From assembly GCA_019058445.1 (NCBI GenBank), contig JAHPZA010000009.1:128001-192000 (forward strand): a stretch of 64,000 nt of DNA. The letters are read 5' to 3'. The stretch is from Promethearchaeota archaeon (GTDB lineage Archaea; Asgardarchaeota; Lokiarchaeia; Sigyniarchaeales; SOKP01). The translations under genes and the position numbers were made by a program. The notes beneath the pieces are model-generated. The model was not told the origin of the DNA. It searched no databases and worked only from the letters and a program-made list of their open reading frames with translations. This document shows, one piece after another, positions 61,778-64,000 of the stretch; within the stretch, counting starts at the first letter, position 1; each line of letters opens with the position of its first letter.

Positions 61778-62318
61778 ATAGAGTATTCACAAATTGTTCT
61801 AACTCCTGTAAATCCTTGTCTTTAGAGAGATCTTCTTTATTTGCGGTAAATCTGTATTGTTCGCTTTCTGGGTAAAATTTGTTTTCAATACTGTTCTCAC
61901 CCTCATAATTCGGCTCAAACGATATTGTATGAGAGTTAATTTTATGCGTATATTCTATATCTTCCATTTCACTTTCTTCTGTATCATCTTCCTGCTCCGA
62001 ATAGTAATTATCATCTTCTTTGAAAAATAAAGAAAGAAACAAATAGACGGAAATTAACAATAGAAAGAAAAAAGTCATGGTAAATACAAATTTAAAATCT
62101 GCTCTCGGTGGGATCTGTGTTCCCTCTAAATTGGTAAATGAGCTTACCATGTAAAATATTAGAGATATAGCAATTAGGATACAAATGATAACTTTTAATC
62201 CCCTCCATTCGTGTCCTTTCTTATAGGTAATGTAGAAGAAAATAGCTAATCCGAATAAAATTAAGCTCACTATAAGATATACTACAAAAAACTCCATTGA
62301 ATCGGTAAAATCGGTCAT
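61740..62318 (-). CDS. 3-TM membrane protein with acidic tail
   Basis: Three hydrophobic segments followed by an E/D-rich region. Confidence 0.7.
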   Translation of the reverse strand: MTDFTDSMEFFVVYLIVSLILFGLAIFFYITYKKGHEWRGLKVIICILIAISLIFYMVSSFTNLEGTQIPPRADFKFVFTMTFFFLLLISVYLFLSLFFKEDDNYYSEQEDDTEESEMEDIEYTHKINSHTISFEPNYEGENSIENKFYPESEQYRFTANKEDLSKDKDLQELEQFVNTLFEKQKRGKTDDN

Positions 62319-62469
62319 TTTAGATATTCTACATATACCCTCTTTTTATTTTTTATTACATTCGGCTTTAGGGATAAAGAGGCTACCCCGCTCTTTAATA
62401 TCTTGCGAATATAAGAAACTTAGTTTGAGCAACTCTTTACCTTCCCCGCCTGTTAATAATATGGTAGTA

Positions 62470-62700
62470 TCATAAATCGAGAAGTATTATTTTCAAATCC
62501 TCGATAATCCTTTCTTTTCCCTCCAAATTTACAGTTTTTATTTCATTTATCAATTCTTCGACCAAAATCGGATTACACGATTGCCCACCTATAACTACGA
62601 CTTGAATAATAAAATCTAATTTCTGTTCCCACTCACGCTTTTTAGCTCGTTTAATTGATAGTCTTGCTCTGAATTTAGATCTTTTATCTTTATAATACAC
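62470..62700 (-). CDS. hypothetical protein
   Basis: 76-aa ORF overlapping the upstream gene end. Confidence 0.45.
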   Translation of the reverse strand: MYYKDKRSKFRARLSIKRAKKREWEQKLDFIIQVVVIGGQSCNPILVEELINEIKTVNLEGKERIIEDLKIILLDL

Positions 62701-63109
62701 TACTCTTTAATCTCCTCATTCTTTTTCTTTCATTTCTTAATATACTTCTCTTTCTTCTATACCTATTTACTCTTCTGGTAAGACGAGAAATAGAACGGTG
62801 TAATCTGTTCTTCCCCGCATCTAACATTTCTTCTTTTATTCTGTTTACCCTTATTGCTTGTTCTAACGCCATTGCTTCTAATTCTGCAAATGTATATTTG
62901 TTAGCAATTGTGCCAAGAATACATATCGCAAACTGTTTAAAAATTTCGGCGATTTTGTTTTTTTCCTCTTTTTTTTCTTTCTTGGGTGGTGGTAATTCTC
63001 CTAATACACTTAAATGCATTTGTCTATCCTTACCATTATTTTTAAATTTGTGAGGGGGATTTGGTAAACGCTTGAAAGATAAATACCGCATACCAGCAAC
63101 TATTTTCAA
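62690..63109 (-). CDS. hypothetical highly basic protein
   Basis: Arg-rich C-terminus; true start probably internal (MHLSV). Confidence 0.55.
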   Translation of the reverse strand: MKIVAGMRYLSFKRLPNPPHKFKNNGKDRQMHLSVLGELPPPKKEKKEEKNKIAEIFKQFAICILGTIANKYTFAELEAMALEQAIRVNRIKEEMLDAGKNRLHRSISRLTRRVNRYRRKRSILRNERKRMRRLKSSVL

Positions 63110-63866
63110 AAAAAATCCGAAAGCACTTTGCTAACGGAGAGCTCTTAATTCTATTCTGTTTGACATCTGTGCGTATATCTACCACGCATAAAATGGAAAA
63201 TCCGCTAATCCCCGATTGTCTATTGACTTGATCTAAATGTTCATGGAATAATTCAGAGATAACTAATTCAATATCTTCGTGTTTGGACTTCTTGAGCAAT
63301 TTATCTTCAATCGGAATCCCATCAACTACGTGATCTACCATACCATCTGAAATTCTAACCTCGTTTTTTACTCGTTCTCCGAATTGTCCGCCTAAATAAA
63401 AGTTCATAAGCGGGTGCATGTCTTTTACCTCTGAGTTCCACGTTTGAGCTTTCATTCGCAAAAATTTTTTGTCATTATAAGAGGTATATAAACATCTCGA
63501 ATAAAATTGAATTAGATTAAACCATGCTGACATATGTTTTGTAAGTGTTGAATTGACTTCAAAAAACTTTAATTGTGCTAATTGGGTATTTAGTTTGGGA
63601 TTAATTGCAGGAACTCCTGTTTCTATGTAGATTTTTTGAGTTGGGTTTATCCGTAATTGATGTGACTCCAAAAGTGATATTGCTCGATATAGTAGAGAGG
63701 TTAAAACCTCTACTTTCTTTGAATAAAGCTGTACTTCTGATTCATACCTTTCATCTATTTCTAAAAAATCTTTAGTATTAAATTGTAGCTTTTCAATTCC
63801 CCTGCTCTCACTACTGACTATTGGATTTTTATTGGGAAACATTGCTACATCCCCCTCTTGTTTCAT
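63042..63866 (-). CDS. PD-(D/E)XK-like nuclease fold protein
   Basis: EVRISDGMVDHVVDGIPIEDK fits the E..D..ExK arrangement. Confidence 0.5.
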   Translation of the reverse strand: MKQEGDVAMFPNKNPIVSSESRGIEKLQFNTKDFLEIDERYESEVQLYSKKVEVLTSLLYRAISLLESHQLRINPTQKIYIETGVPAINPKLNTQLAQLKFFEVNSTLTKHMSAWFNLIQFYSRCLYTSYNDKKFLRMKAQTWNSEVKDMHPLMNFYLGGQFGERVKNEVRISDGMVDHVVDGIPIEDKLLKKSKHEDIELVISELFHEHLDQVNRQSGISGFSILCVVDIRTDVKQNRIKSSPLAKCFRIFFENSCWYAVFIFQAFTKSPSQI

Positions 63867-64000
63867 TTCTTATATGACCCCATGCTGAAATTTTTCTCAC
63901 ACTCCCTCAAACCTTTTAAATTATGCCTTTTTCCGACAAAAACTTCACTTAGTCGTGAATAAATTTTTATCAATAGTCTAATAATTATTAAATAAGTATT

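Larger units (their letters stand above)
53430..64000. mobile_element. putative integrated element / accessory island (left part only)
   Basis: Begins at a truncated MTase; carries MTase, HNH and PD-(D/E)XK genes plus co-oriented small overlapping hypothetical ORFs and no housekeeping genes. No integrase or att repeat is visible in the window. Confidence 0.45.

Overview
AT-rich archaeal DNA, most likely from an Asgard archaeon (Lokiarchaeia-like). This is inferred from a gelsolin-domain protein, a HdrA-MvhD fusion, a TrmB-like coiled-coil protein, expanded multi-pass membrane and zinc-ribbon families, and U-tract gene ends. About 1-52 kb is chromosomal: tldD, abfD, purA, a PfkB kinase, a B12-binding protein with a LolCDE-type ABC system, a racemase/serine-hydrolase/oxidoreductase group, a block of eukaryote-like proteins (two vWA-zinc-finger paralogs, pssA next to a scramblase-family gene, a gelsolin-HeH fusion, a HEAT protein), sulfatase plus PHP hydrolase, class I aldolase, a locus with two atypical glycyl radical enzymes and one activase, DUF711, a Mesh1-like HD hydrolase coupled to HdrA-MvhD, and a secreted permuted NlpC/P60 protein. 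From about 53.4 kb the window looks like the left part of an integrated accessory or mobile element. A DNA methyltransferase is cut off just after its NPPF motif and is immediately followed by a second, Type ISP-like methyltransferase. Then come a large acidic-repeat/TFIIB-like/double-HNH/wHTH protein, a 1.7 kb non-coding gap and a co-oriented run of small hypothetical genes ending in a PD-(D/E)XK-like nuclease. Three gene remnants outside the ORF track were found by manual translation. No tRNA, rRNA, CRISPR array, integrase or capsid gene was recognised. All calls are by eye from motifs; no searches were run.
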